Assembly: GCA_950097015.1 (NCBI GenBank)
Contig: CATNEN010000038.1
Coordinates: 6,014,001 to 6,078,000 of the forward strand
DNA length: 64,000 bases
Direction: 5' to 3'
Source: Macrostomum hystrix
Taxonomy: Eukaryota; Animalia; Platyhelminthes
Numbering within the stretch: position 1 is the first letter of the stretch; each line of letters begins with the position of its first letter. A program made the translations under genes and the position numbers. Positions 23,800 to 38,797 of this stretch are shown piece by piece. The notes beneath the pieces were generated by a model. That model was not told where the DNA came from and did not search any database. It saw nothing but the letters and a program-made list of their open reading frames with translations.

Positions 23800-26700
23800 T
23801 TATTCCTCTTTGCTGGGAACGGCTTTCTTGCCATTCGCCATCGGGCGAATCCGCAGAGCCATGTCCTTGCGCACCTCCTGGTACAGGTCCGGGTTGCTCT
23901 TGTTCTCATTGGTGATACCTCTGGCGTGCGGCCCGAGCTGGTCCTTGGTGACAAAGTCCCACAACACGCGCAGTAGGCTGGTGTGGTGCGGCAGGGGGTC
24001 GTAGTACTCGGCAGCGATGCGGCGAACCTCCGGGAGACGGCTGAGGGGCGGAGAAGTCGACATGAGCCGGGAGCTCAGAAAGTGATCGAATGAGCGCTTC
24101 CTGTCTGACAAGTTTTGCTAACAGAGGGATCAAGAGAGTGCTCGAAGATTGATTATTTGAGACCGAGTAGTAATGACCAAGGCGATCAGAGACTGACGAA
24201 CCGAACGCTCAGAGACTGAAGAACCGAACGCTCAAAGACTGAAAAACTGAGTTCTCAGAGAGTGATTAACAGAGTGCTCTTTGAGTGAGCGCTAGATTGT
24301 CAGTTGCCTTCTGAAACTGTCAACAGTAAAAAAACAATTCACCTGTACGGAATGTAAGGAAAGTCGTGATGCTCAATGTGGTAGCCAACATTGAACAGCA
24401 GAGCATTCATCGGCCCGTAGTAGCTGTGCGTGGCCTGGCCGCCGGAGAACAGGTAGTGCTCAGAGATGAAGTGGCCGGCCATTGGATGAATGCCGAAGCC
24501 GAACAGGGACCCGATGACCAAGTAGCAAAGCGGCTTCACTCCAAACGCCCTGTAGACAGCCAGGTCGAAGGCCAGGCAGCAGGCGAAGTTAAATAGCTCC
24601 CAGGGCGTTGTGGGCTTCGGAGATTTTATAAACGGCCGCAGGGCGTGGATGATCGGATGCGCGCACAGCCACAGAAGTTTCGTGGCCGGCCGGCGGAACA
24701 GGCGAGCCTCCACACTAGTCGGAATGTCGACATCGTTCTGGTCGTGGCCCAGCCAGCGGTGATGGTCCGTGTGGTACTTCTTGTAGCTGATGGCCAGCGG
24801 AATGGCGATGGGCAAGTTGCACAGAATTGACAGCAGCCGATTGGCCCAAGGACGCTTGTGACCGAAGGCTAGGTTGTGGCCTGTAGGTGGGTGGGGTTGG
24901 GTTACGTGTCAGAAGTGGCGATTTTTGGTTATCCATGGTGACCTTAGTTTCTGCGACATTAATTAATGTCTTGACAGCAAAGTTATTTAATGTCATTCAT
25001 GTCATAATGTCAATGTTGGCCTAGGTTCCACTATTATTTGTCGCTAGTTCGCGCGCACCAATGTCTCAAGCACGACTATTCCATTGTTAGAGTCTCACAC
25101 CTGCCTTGCCAATGAGGTGGTCGGTATGTCTGGCCCCAGGGTCCACCAAAGGTTCAGCAAACTCAACTAGCTCTCTACGATTCTAAAGTGAATTAAATTT
25201 GTACGAGAGTACCACCTCTTATCTACAGTTAGGTCGTTAGGACAAGTTTAAATGGGCGGTTTTCAAATGACTTACGGCGTTAGTTCATTCTTTTAACTCC
25301 TTTAGTCACGAGGATCAGCTGATGCTGTCAATGAGAACTGATGCTGTCAATGAGGTCTGATGCTGTCACTGAGATCTGATGCTGTCAATTAGATCAGATT
25401 GTTTTCAAAGCGTGTTGTTTTTTTCTTGCCTAAACCAATTCATCTCGCACAGTGAAACCGGTGAAGAGATATTCTCTCTAACCCAGCCCATCAATTCAAT
25501 TTTGTTTATCTTTGCTCATTCTTCAAAACAGCCACCCAGGTGTCTGTTATACTCAACTCGCTGCTATTGTGCCACAAGTAATTAATTACAAAAGCCTTAC
25601 AAATGAAGGTTGAATTAGAAAAACTGCACCCGCTGAATCACGTGAGCCAGATTGTGAATGACTGAGCAAGGTCTTTTGTTGTCTTGCATTCTGTTCGCAA
25701 GTCCAACCCGCCCTTCTAAACAGCGAAGTCAAAACTGGATTTAGTCGGACCCAACTCACAAATGTCTTTACCTAGTTCTGGTAGCTCATAGAAGCTCGGA
25801 ATGTGAAAATTTCGAGCTTATGACTGGAAAATTACATGTTAAGTCATTTTCTTACTTTTTCTTTTAGCAAAACACTCAAAAGCTTCACCTAAAATACACA
25901 GAATTTCTTCAGCTTTCTAATAAAGTAAATAAGTTTGAAATTGGATAGACGAAACGACATTTATCTACGTGCTTAAAATATTAACTAGGGCACCTTAGTA
26001 TAAACTATAAACTTGCGTACTTACGCTAGCGGACTAAAATACTCGTACTAAAGTGCTAGAGTACTAGCGTGAGTACTAGAGTACTAGCGTACAAGAGTAC
26101 TAGCGTACTATAGTACTAGCGTACTAGAGTACTAGCGTACTAGAGTACTAGCGTACTAGCGTACTAGAGTACTAGCGTACAAGAGTACTAGCGTACTAGA
26201 GTAATAGCGTACTGGAGTACTAGCGTGAGAACTATAGAGTACTAGCTTACTAGAGTACTAGCGTAATAAAGTAATAACGTACTAAAGTACTAGCGTACTA
26301 AAGTACTAGCGTACTAAAGTACTAGCGTACTAAAGTACTAGCGTACTAAAGTACTAGCGTACTAAAGTACTAGCGTACTAAAGTACTAGCGTACTAAAGT
26401 ACTAGCGTACTAAAGTACTAGCGTACTAAAGTACTAGCGTACTAAAGTACTAGCGTACTAAAGTACTAGAGTACTATAGTACTAGCGTACTAAAGTACTA
26501 GCGTACTAAAGTACTAGCGTACTAAAGTACTAGCGTACTAAAGTACTAGCGTACTAAAGTACTAGCGTACTAAAGTACTAGCGTACTAAAGTACTAGCGT
26601 ACTATAGTACTAGCGTACTAAAGTACTAGCGTACTAAAGTACTAGCGTACTAAAGTACTAGCGTACTAAAGTACTAGCGTACTAAAGTACAAGCGTACTA

Positions 26701-27146
26701 AAGTACTTGCGACTAGCTTGTAGTTGCAAACTAGCTTGTAAATTACTCATTCATTTTAACGCGTCCGTAGCAGCCTCAGTGGCAGCCTCACCAATTTCGT
26801 GAATCGCCGAGGCCAGGCTGTGATTGAGGGTGGCTCCGACCACGTAGGCTAGGAACACCAGCCAGCCCCAGGACAGGTCCGTGGCGGCGATTACCTGGCA
26901 CATTGCCAGCTGTAGCAGAACCTCCGCGCTGACCACCAGGGCAATGCGAGGATCATAGCCCATCAGCTTCTTGATCTGGGGATATTTGGCTAGGATCTCC
27001 TTGCGCCGCGTGACATGCGGCTCCTCGTTGTATTCCCACATGTCAGAGTCCAGCTCGAGCTTCATGCTCAACTTCAGCGCGTTGAAAAAGGACCAACTTA
27101 AACTGCCGCCACTGCCGCCGCCGCCGCTGCTGCTGCTGCTGCTCAT
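23800..27146 (-). CDS. DEGS1: Sphingolipid delta-4 desaturase (DES1/DEGS family), 3 exons, 377 aa
   Basis: Exons 27146-26792, 24880-24343 and 24040-23800 join in frame via GT-AG introns. N-terminal EPHVTRRKEILAKYPQIKKLMG, His boxes HEIGH, HTDHH and HIEHH, and HPMAGHFISEHY, SYYGPMN, DFPYIP, RLPEVRRIAAEYYD motifs. Confidence 0.93.
25318..25398. repeat. Short 4-unit copy of the 19-bp satellite in DEGS intron 1
   Basis: CTGATGCTGTCAATGAGAA-type units, the same as in the 28.7-38.5 kb array. Confidence 0.85.
26040..26708. repeat. 16-bp minisatellite ACTAAAGTACTAGCGT in DEGS intron 1
   Basis: Directly visible. Confidence 0.96.
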
Positions 27147-28658
27147 GATCGCGCCGTCAAGATTTTTTAGGCCTTTTAAAAAGTTTTTTGTCGAAATTAA
27201 CAGAGCGTTAATAAAATCAAATTTATCGAACAGGATTTAGCAAGTCAAACCGATCGCAAATAGTTGAAAAAGTTCTAATTCGTCTAACAGCTTGTAATGT
27301 CTAACAGCTTGTAATATGTCTAACAGTTAAAATATGTGGCCAATAGTACGTAGCGTGTCTAACAGCCTGTAACAAGTCTAAAATTATATTTAGAAAATGG
27401 AAATGGCTAGTGGGGGGTCTTGCATTTGCTTAACAAAAATGACTAACGAAGGCCGTTAGAAATCAAACTGCTTTCATCCAGTTGCGTACCGGTTTAGGCT
27501 TGAGTCTAGCTGAGTTCAGAAAGCCAGTTTGAGCTGGACTGCGCGGCCAGGTACCGATTCTAGACAAAAACTGAGTCTGGGCCATTGCCACCCACCCCAC
27601 GATCCGTACCGTTCTCTCCCCCATCCCCATTGTTCCAGCATTCCCAGATCCCACAGTTCTGAGACTCGCAACAAATGCGAAGTTTTCTGATTAAAATAGG
27701 GGCAAATGAACGTTCGTCAGAAAACGCCTTTGTTCGCTCACCTTCAGTCTCTTTTTAGTCGCCCAAGTGTGCCGACCGCGAGTGAAAGAATCAAAAAATT
27801 CAAACAAAAACAATGGACCGATTGCGCTTTTATTCAGCACTCAGGTAGAAGCCAACTGGAATGGTCAGGTCTTAGCTGCGCGGCATGCTTTTATCGTGAT
27901 GCATCTAACTGTGCTGCAATTGTGGGAAAATGAGATGCAGAGAGCGGGACCAGACTGACCAACACAGCCCTCTCACTCCCCATCCCTTCACGGGCAGACG
28001 GGCAGGTGAAGGTGTACACGAGAGTATAGCGGAGGTCGACAGGTAGAGCTTGGGAGCAAGGAGTCTGTGTGGCTGAATGCCGAGGCTGCCCACCTCCCTC
28101 CGCGCCGTACAGCCGGCTGGACAGGCGCTCATTGGCCAGAGTCTCATGGGAGTTTCTCTATAGCTGAGAGATGCAATTCCCGACTGAGTCAATGGGGGGG
28201 AGTGGAGCTTGTGAGTTCAATTCTGTTGCCTTGTTGGTCGTCAAGCGCTTTTCATTTCACGTCCATTTTTTTCTATTAGCGAATGAAACCGAAGCGAGTT
28301 TATTTTGCCTGAACCGGCCAAGAATACCTGGAACTAGTTCCGACTTTCATAACTATGCAGGCATCCATTGTGCAGCTCGCACACCCACGCACACACTGCG
28401 CACACAATAGGGTCGCCTTAGCAACAAGCTGCGACACACCTGAATTTAGCATGCGCGCGCGTGCCTCGAGGCTCTCTTGCTAGATGCCTCCTATCGCCAC
28501 AAAGAAAATAAAATGTCAATACGCGACTGAGTCACCCGTGTCAACAATGGCCCATAAATGAAGTCCAGTTGTGCTCACAACATGTTTACTGAAGTTTACC
28601 GAGACACTTGAAATACGTAGAACTTAAGCATGTCTGTGCTTTGAGCTAATTGGGGCTA

Positions 28659-31600
28659 ATGAGAACTGATGCTGTCAATGAGATCTGATGCTGTCAATGA
28701 GAACTGATGCTTTCACTGAGAACTGATGCTGTCAGTGAGATCTGTTGCTGTCATTGAGAACTGTTGCTGTCACTGAGATCTGATGCTGTCACTGAGATCT
28801 GATGCTGTCAATGAGAACTGATGCTGTCACTGAGAACAGATGCTGTCAGTGAGATCTGTTGCTGTCATTGAGAACTGATGCTGTCACTGAGAACTGATGC
28901 TGTCACTGAGAACAGATGCTGTCAGTGAGATCTGTTGCTGTCATTGAGAACTGATGCTGTCACTGAGAACTGATGCTGTCAGTGAGATCTGTTGCTGTCA
29001 ATGAGATCTGTTGCTGTCATTGAGAACTGATGCTGTCACTGAGATCTGTTGCTGTCAGTGAGATCTGTTGCTGTCAGTGAGATCTGTTGCTGTCATTGAG
29101 AACTGATGCTGTCACTGAGAACTGATGCTGTCACTGAGAACTGATGCTGTCAATGAGAACTGATGCTGTCACTGAGATCTGATGCTGTCACTGAGATCTG
29201 ATGCTGTCACTGAGAACTGATGCTGTCAATGAGATCTGATGCTGTCAATGAGAACTGATGCTGTCACTGAGAACAGATGCTGTCAGTGAGATCTGTTGCT
29301 GTCATTGAGAACTGATGCTGTCACTGAGAACTGATGCTGTCAGTGAGATCTGTTGCTGTCAGTGAGATCTGTTGCTGTCAGTGAGATCTGTTGCTGTCAG
29401 TGAGATCTGTTGCTGTCACTGAGATCTGATGCTGTCACTGAGATCTGATGCTGTCAATGAGAACTGATGCTGTCACTGAGAACAGATGCTGTCAGTGAGA
29501 TCTGTTGCTGTCATTGAGAACTGATGCTGTCACTGAGAACTGATGCTGTCAGTGAGATCTGATGCTGTCAGTGAGATCTGTTGCTGTCAGTGAGATCTGT
29601 TGCTGTCACTGAGAACTGATGCTGTCAGTGAGATCTGTTGCTGTCAGTGAGATCTGTTGCTGTCAGTGAGATCTGTTGCTGTCAGTGAGATCTGATGCTG
29701 TCACTGAGATCTGATGCTGTCACTGAGAACTGATGCTGTCAGTGAGATCTGTTGCTGTCAGTGAGATCTGTTGCTGTCAGTGAGATCTGTTGCTGTCAGT
29801 GAGATCTGATGCTGTCACTGAGATCTGATGCTGTCAATGAGAACTGATGCTGTCAATGAGATCTGATGCTGTCAATGAGAACTGATGCTGTCACTGAGAA
29901 CAGATGCTGTCAGTGAGATCTGTTGCTGTCATTGAGAACTGATGCTGTCACTGAGAACTGATGCTGTCAGTGAGATCTGATGCTGTCACTGAGATCTGAT
30001 GCTGTCAGTGAGATCTGTTGCTGTCAGTGAGATCTGTTGCTGTCATTGAGAACTGATGCTGTCACTGAGAACTGATGCTGTCAGTGAGATCTGTTGCTGT
30101 CAGTGAGATCTGTTGCTGTCACTGAGATCTGTTGCTGTCAGTGAGATCTGTTGCTGTCAGTGAGATCTGATGCTGTCACTGAGATCTGTTGCTGTCAGTG
30201 AGATCTGTTGCTGTCAGTGAAATCTGTTGCTGTCAGTGAGATCTGTTGCTGTCAGTGAGAACTGATGCTGTCACTGAGAACTGATGCTGTCAGTGAGATC
30301 TGTTGCTGTCAGTGAGATCTGTTGCTGTCAGTGAGATCTGTTGCTGTCAGTGAGATCTGATGCTGTCACTGAGATCTGTTGCTGTCACTGAGATCTGATG
30401 CTGTCACTGAGATCTGATGCTGTCACTGAGATCTGTTGCTGTCACTGAGAACTGATGCTGTCAGTGAGATCTGTTGCTGTCAATGAGAACTGATGCTGTC
30501 AATGAGAACTGATGCTGTCACTGAGATCTGATGCTGTCACTGAGAACTGATGCTGTCAATGAGATCTGATGCTGTCACTGAGAACAGATGCTGTCAGTGA
30601 GATCTGTTGCTGTCATTGAGAACTGATGCTGTCACTGAGAACTGATGCTGTCAGTGAGATCTGTTGCTGTCATTGAGAACTGATGCTGTCACTGAGAACT
30701 GATGCTGTCAGTGAGATCTGTTGCTGTCAGTGAGATCTGTTGCTGTCAGTGAGATCTGTTGCTGTCAGTGAGATCTGTTGCTGTCACTGAGATCTGATGC
30801 TGTCACTGAGATCTGATGCTGTCAATGAGAACTGATGCTGTCAATGAGATCTGATGCTGTCAATGAGAACTGATGCTGTCACTGAGAACAGATGCTGTCA
30901 GTGAGATCTGTTGCTGTCATTGAGAACTGATGCTGTCACTGAGAACTGATGCTGTCAGTGAGATCTGTTGCTGTCAGTGAGATCTGTTGCTGTCAGTGAG
31001 ATCTGTTGCTGTCAGTGAGATCTGTTGCTGTCACTGAGATCTGATGCTGTCACTGAGATCTGATGCTGTCAATGAGAACTGATGCTGTCAATGAGATCTG
31101 ATGCTGTCAATGAGAACTGATGCTGTCACTGAGAACAGATGCTGTCAGTGAGATCTGTTGCTGTCATTGAGAACTGATGCTGTCACTGAGAACTGATGCT
31201 GTCAGTGAGAACTGATGCTGTCAGTGAGATCTGTTGCTGTCAGTGAGATCTGTTGCTGTCAGTGAGATCTGTTGCTGTCAGTGAAATCTGTTGCTGTCAG
31301 TGAGATCTGTTGCTGTCAGTGAGAACTGATGCTGTCACTGAGAACTGATGCTGTCAATGAGATCTGATGCTGTCAGTGAGATCTGTTGCTGTCAGTGAGA
31401 TCTGTTGCTGTCACTGAGATCTGATGCTGTCACTGAGATCTGTTGCTGTCACTGAGATCTGATGCTGTCACTGAGATCTGATGCTGTCACTGAGATCTGT
31501 TGCTGTCACTGAGAACTGATGCTGTCACTGAGAACTGATGCTGTCAATGAGATCTGATGCTGTCACTGAGAACAGATGCTGTCAGTGAGATCTGTTGCTG

Positions 31601-34600
31601 TCATTGAGAACTGATGCTGTCAGTGAGAACTGATGCTGTCACTGAGAACTGATGCTGTCACTGAGAACTGATGCTGTCACTGAAAACTGATGCTGTCAAT
31701 GAGATCTGTTGCTGTCACTGAGATCTGATGCTGTCACTGAGATCTGATGCTGTCAATGAGATCTGATGCTGTCACTGAGAACTGATGCTGTCAATGAGAA
31801 CTGATGCTGTCAATGAGAACTGATGCTGTCAATGAGAACTGATGCTGTCACTGAGATCTGATGCTGTCAATGAGAACTGATGCTGTCACTGAGATCTGAT
31901 GCTGTCAATGAGAACTGATGCTGTCACTGAGATCTGTTGCTGTCACTGAGATCTGTTGCTGTCACTGAGATCTGATGCTGTCACTGAGAACTGATGCTGT
32001 CACTGAGAACAGATGCTGTCAGTGAGATCTGTGGCTGTCACTGAGAACTGATGCTGTCAGTGAGAACTGATGCTGTCAATGAGATCTGATGCTGTCAATG
32101 AGAACTGATGCTGTCACTGAGAACTGATGCTGTCACTGAGAACAGATGCTGTCAGTGAGATCTGTTGCTGTCACTGAGAACTGATGCTGTCACTGAGAAC
32201 TGATGCTGTCACTGAAAACTGATGCTGTCAGTGAGATCTGTTGCTGTCACTGAGATCTGATGCTGTCACTGAGATCTGATGCTGTCAATGAGATCTGATG
32301 CTGTCACTGAGAACTGATGCTGTAAATGAGAACTGATGCTGTCAATGAGAACTGATGCTGTCAATGAGAACTGATGCTGTCACTGAGATCTGATGCTGTC
32401 AATGAGAACTGATGCTGTCACTGAGATCTGATGCTGTCAATGAGAACTGATGCTGTCACTGAGATCTGTTGCTGTCAATGAGATCTGTTGCTGTCACTGA
32501 GATCTGATGCTGTCACTGAGATCTGATGCTGTCAATGAGATCTGTTGCTGTCACTGAGATCTGATGCTGTCACTGAGAACTGATGCTGTCAGTGAGATCT
32601 GTTGCTGTCAATGAGAACTGATGCTGTCAATGAGAACTGATGCTGTCACTGAGATCTGATGCTGTCACTGAGAACTGATGCTGTCAATGAGAACTGATGC
32701 TGTCAGTGAGAACTGATGCTGTCAGTGAGATCTGTTGCTGTCAGTGAGATCTGTTGCTGTCAGTGAGATCTGTTGCTGTCAGTGAAATCTGTTGCTGTCA
32801 GTGAGATCTGTTGCTGTCAGTGAGAACTGATGCTGTCACTGAGAACTGATGCTGTCAATGAGATCTGATGCTGTCAGTGAGATCTGTTGCTGTCAGTGAG
32901 ATCTGTTGCTGTCACTGAGATCTGATGCTGTCACTGAGATCTGTTGCTGTCACTGAGATCTGATGCTGTCACTGAGATCTGATGCTGTCACTGAGATCTG
33001 ATGCTGTCACTGAGAACTGATGCTGTAAATGAGAACTGATGCTGTCAATGAGAACTGATGCTGTCAATGAGAACTGATGCTGTCACTGAGATCTGATGCT
33101 GTCAATGAGAACTGATGCTGTCACTGAGATCTGATGCTGTCAATGAGAACTGATGCTGTCACTGAGATCTGTTGCTGTCAATGAGATCTGTTGCTGTCAC
33201 TGAGATCTGATGCTGTCACTGAGATCTGATGCTGTCAATGAGATCTGTTGCTGTCACTGAGATCTGATGCTGTCACTGAGAACTGATGCTGTCAGTGAGA
33301 TCTGTTGCTGTCAATGAGAACTGATGCTGTCAATGAGAACTGATGCTGTCACTGAGATCTGTTGCTGTCATTGAGAACTGATGCTGTCACTGAGAACTGA
33401 TGCTGTCAGTGAGAACTGATGCTGTCAGTGAGATCTGTTGCTGTCAGTGAGATCTGTTGCTGTCAGTGAGATCTGTTGCTGTCAGTGAAATCTGTTGCTG
33501 TCAGTGAGATCTGTTGCTGTCAGTGAGAACTGATGCTGTCACTGAGAACTGATGCTGTCAATGAGATCTGATGCTGTCAGTGAGATCTGTTGCTGTCAGT
33601 GAGATCTGTTGCTGTCACTGAGATCTGATGCTGTCACTGAGATCTGTTGCTGTCACTGAGATCTGATGCTGTCACTGAGATCTGATGCTGTCACTGAGAT
33701 CTGTTGCTGTCACTGAGAACTGATGCTGTCACTGAGAACTGATGCTGTCAATGAGATCTGATGCTGTCACTGAGAACAGATGCTGTCAGTGAGATCTGTT
33801 GCTGTCATTGAGAACTGATGCTGTCAGTGAGAACTGATGCTGTCACTGAGAACTGATGCTGTCACTGAGAACTGATGCTGTCACTGAAAACTGATGCTGT
33901 CAATGAGATCTGTTGCTGTCACTGAGATCTGATGCTGTCACTGAGATCTGATGCTGTCAATGAGATCTGATGCTGTCACTGAGAACTGATGCTGTCAATG
34001 AGAACTGATGCTGTCAATGAGAACTGATGCTGTCAATGAGAACTGATGCTGTCACTGAGATCTGATGCTGTCAATGAGAACTGATGCTGTCACTGAGATC
34101 TGATGCTGTCAATGAGAACTGATGCTGTCACTGAGATCTGTTGCTGTCACTGAGATCTGTTGCTGTCACTGAGATCTGATGCTGTCACTGAGAACTGATG
34201 CTGTCACTGAGAACAGATGCTGTCAGTGAGATCTGTGGCTGTCACTGAGAACTGATGCTGTCAGTGAGAACTGATGCTGTCAATGAGATCTGATGCTGTC
34301 AATGAGAACTGATGCTGTCACTGAGAACTGATGCTGTCACTGAGAACAGATGCTGTCAGTGAGATCTGTTGCTGTCACTGAGAACTGATGCTGTCACTGA
34401 GAACTGATGCTGTCACTGAAAACTGATGCTGTCAGTGAGATCTGTTGCTGTCACTGAGATCTGATGCTGTCACTGAGATCTGATGCTGTCAATGAGATCT
34501 GATGCTGTCACTGAGAACTGATGCTGTAAATGAGAACTGATGCTGTCAATGAGAACTGATGCTGTCAATGAGAACTGATGCTGTCACTGAGATCTGATGC

Positions 34601-37600
34601 TGTCAATGAGAACTGATGCTGTCACTGAGATCTGATGCTGTCAATGAGAACTGATGCTGTCACTGAGATCTGTTGCTGTCAATGAGATCTGTTGCTGTCA
34701 CTGAGATCTGATGCTGTCACTGAGATCTGATGCTGTCAATGAGATCTGTTGCTGTCACTGAGATCTGATGCTGTCACTGAGAACTGATGCTGTCAGTGAG
34801 ATCTGTTGCTGTCAATGAGAACTGATGCTGTCAATGAGAACTGATGCTGTCACTGAGATCTGATGCTGTCACTGAGAACTGATGCTGTCAATGAGATCTG
34901 ATGCTGTCACTGAGAACTGATGCTGTCAGTGAGATCTGTTGCTGTCATTGAGAACTGATGCTGTCACTGAGAACTGATGCTGTCACTGAGAACTGATGCT
35001 GTCACTGAGAACTGATGCTGTCACTGAAAACTGATGCTGTCAGTGAGATCTGTTGCTGTCACTGAGATCTGTTGCTGTCACTGAGTTCTGATGCTGTCAC
35101 TGAGATCTGTTGCTGTCAATGAGATCTGATGCTGTCACTGAGATCTGATGCTGTCACTGAGATCTGATGCTGTCAATGAGATCTGATGCTGTCACTGAGA
35201 TCTGATGCTGTCAATGAGATCTGATGCTGTTACTGAGATCTGATGCTGTCATTGAGATCTGTTGCTGTCAGTGAAATCTGTTGCTGTCAGTGAGATCTGA
35301 TGCTGTCACTGAGATCTGTTGCTGTCACTGAGATCTGATGCTGTCACTGAGATCTGATGCTGTCACTGAGATCTGTTGCTGTCACTGAGAACTGATGCTG
35401 TCAGTGAGATCTGTTGCTGTCAATGAGAACTGATGCTGTCAATGAGAACTGATGCTGTCACTGAGATCTGATGCTGTCACTGAGAACTGATGCTGTCAAT
35501 GAGATCTGATGCTGTCACTGAGAACAGATGCTGTCAGTGAGATCTGTTGCTGTCATTGAGAACTGATGCTGTCACTGAGAACTGATGCTGTCAGTGAGAT
35601 CTGTTGCTGTCATTGAGAACTGATGCTGTCACTGAGAACTGATGCTGTCAGTGAGATCTGTTGCTGTCAGTGAGATCTGTTGCTGTCAGTGAGATCTGTT
35701 GCTGTCAGTGAGATCTGTTGCTGTCACTGAGATCTGATGCTGTCACTGAGATCTGATGCTGTCAATGAGAACTGATGCTGTCAATGAGATCTGATGCTGT
35801 CAATGAGAACTGATGCTGTCACTGAGAACAGATGCTGTCAGTGAGATCTGTTGCTGTCATTGAGAACTGATGCTGTCACTGAGAACTGATGCTGTCAGTG
35901 AGATCTGTTGCTGTCAGTGAGATCTGTTGCTGTCAGTGAGATCTGTTGCTGTCAGTGAGATCTGTTGCTGTCACTGAGATCTGATGCTGTCACTGAGATC
36001 TGATGCTGTCAATGAGAACTGATGCTGTCAATGAGATCTGATGCTGTCAATGAGAACTGATGCTGTCACTGAGAACAGATGCTGTCAGTGAGATCTGTTG
36101 CTGTCATTGAGAACTGATGCTGTCACTGAGAACTGATGCTGTCAGTGAGAACTGATGCTGTCAGTGAGATCTGTTGCTGTCAGTGAGATCTGTTGCTGTC
36201 AGTGAGATCTGTTGCTGTCAGTGAAATCTGTTGCTGTCAGTGAGATCTGTTGCTGTCAGTGAGAACTGATGCTGTCACTGAGAACTGATGCTGTCAATGA
36301 GATCTGATGCTGTCAGTGAGATCTGTTGCTGTCAGTGAGATCTGTTGCTGTCACTGAGATCTGATGCTGTCACTGAGATCTGTTGCTGTCACTGAGATCT
36401 GATGCTGTCACTGAGATCTGATGCTGTCACTGAGATCTGTTGCTGTCACTGAGAACTGATGCTGTCACTGAGAACTGATGCTGTCAATGAGATCTGATGC
36501 TGTCACTGAGAACAGATGCTGTCAGTGAGATCTGTTGCTGTCATTGAGTACTGATGCTGTCACTGAGAACTGATGCTGTCACTGAGAACTGATGCTGTCA
36601 CTGAGAACTGATGCTGTCACTGAAAACTGATGCTGTCAATGAGATCTGTTGCTGTCACTGAGATCTGATGCTGTCACTGAGATCTGATGCTGTCAATGAG
36701 ATCTGATGCTGTCACTGAGAACTGATGCTGTCAATGAGAACTGATGCTGTCAATGAGAACTGATGCTGTCAATGAGAACTGATGCTGTCACTGAGATCTG
36801 ATGCTGTCAATGAGAACTGATGCTGTCACTGAGATCTGATGCTGTCAATGAGAACTGATGCTGTCACTGAGATCTGTTGCTGTCACTGAGATCTGTTGCT
36901 GTCACTGAGATCTGATGCTGTCACTGAGAACTGATGCTGTCACTGAGAACAGATGCTGTCAGTGAGATCTGTGGCTGTCACTGAGAACTGATGCTGTCAG
37001 TGAGAACTGATGCTGTCAATGAGATCTGATGCTGTCAATGAGAACTGATGCTGTCACTGAGAACTGATGCTGTCACTGAGAACAGATGCTGTCAGTGAGA
37101 TCTGTTGCTGTCACTGAGAACTGATGCTGTCACTGAGAACTGATGCTGTCACTGAAAACTGATGCTGTCAGTGAGATCTGTTGCTGTCACTGAGATCTGA
37201 TGCTGTCACTGAGATCTGATGCTGTCAATGAGATCTGATGCTGTCACTGAGAACTGATGCTGTAAATGAGAACTGATGCTGTCAATGAGAACTGATGCTG
37301 TCAATGAGAACTGATGCTGTCACTGAGATCTGATGCTGTCAATGAGAACTGATGCTGTCACTGAGATCTGATGCTGTCAATGAGAACTGATGCTGTCACT
37401 GAGATCTGTTGCTGTCAATGAGATCTGTTGCTGTCACTGAGATCTGATGCTGTCACTGAGATCTGATGCTGTCAATGAGATCTGTTGCTGTCACTGAGAT
37501 CTGATGCTGTCACTGAGAACTGATGCTGTCAGTGAGATCTGTTGCTGTCAATGAGAACTGATGCTGTCAATGAGAACTGATGCTGTCACTGAGATCTGAT

Positions 37601-38470
37601 GCTGTCACTGAGAACTGATGCTGTCAATGAGATCTGATGCTGTCACTGAGAACTGATGCTGTCAGTGAGATCTGTTGCTGTCATTGAGAACTGATGCTGT
37701 CACTGAGAACTGATGCTGTCACTGAGAACTGATGCTGTCACTGAGAACTGATGCTGTCACTGAAAACTGATGCTGTCAGTGAGATCTGTTGCTGTCACTG
37801 AGATCTGTTGCTGTCACTGAGTTCTGATGCTGTCACTGAGATCTGTTGCTGTCAATGAGATCTGATGCTGTCACTGAGATCTGATGCTGTCACTGAGATC
37901 TGATGCTGTCAATGAGATCTGATGCTGTCACTGAGATCTGATGCTGTCAATGAGATCTGATGCTGTTACTGAGATCTGATGCTGTCATTGAGATCTGATG
38001 CTGTCACTGAGATCTGATGCTGTCACTGAGATCTGATGCTGTTACTGAGATCTGATGCTGTCAATGAGATCTGATGCTGTTACTGAGATCTGATGCTGTC
38101 AATGAGATCTGATGCTGTTACTGAGATCTGATGCTGTCAATGAGATCTGTTGCTGTCAATGAGATCTGATGCTGTCACTGAGATCTGTTGCTGTCAATGA
38201 GATCTGATGCTGTCACTGAGATCTGATGCTGTCACTGAGATCTGATGCTGTCAATGAGATCTGATGCTGTCACTGAGATCTGATGCTGTCAATGAGATCT
38301 GATGCTGTTACTGAGATCTGATGCTGTCAATGAGATCTGATGCTGTTACTGAGATCTGATGCTGTCAATGAGATCTGATGCTGTTACTGAGATCTGATGC
38401 TGTCAATGAGATCTGATGCTGTTACTGAGATCTGATGCTGTCAATGAGAACTGATGCTTTCAGTGAGATC
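28659..38470. repeat. 19-bp satellite TGAGA(A/T)CTG(A/T)TGCTGTCAN, ~9.8 kb (~515 units), with higher-order repeats
   Basis: Directly visible; rare variant GTGGCT at 32031, 34235 and 36971 (offsets 116 and 144 units). Confidence 0.98.
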
Positions 38471-38797
38471 AGACAAAAATTATTTAAAACCAAAGGCACA
38501 GTTGTGTTTTTTGGAGCGAAAATTTTATTCACAAAAAATCTCACCTTCGTTATTAAACTTTTATAAGCATGTCTCCTATGACAATTGATTTTTATGCATT
38601 TAGAAAAAATACCTTGAGTACCACAAACACGAGAAGAATAGTATACGCTCTTACTACTATCTACGCTCGTACATTAAGTAGCATACACGCTAGATAAGCT
38701 AACTTTACGAATGCGCAATTGACAGTTGAAGTCCTGTACAGTATAAAATTGATCACGCGCGTTCATCTGGTAAAAACAAAATCTGTCCGGGCTTCAG

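Noticed and set aside
27950-28220. GC-rich patch, possibly a LINE 3' remnant
   Set aside because: No motif clear enough to assign.
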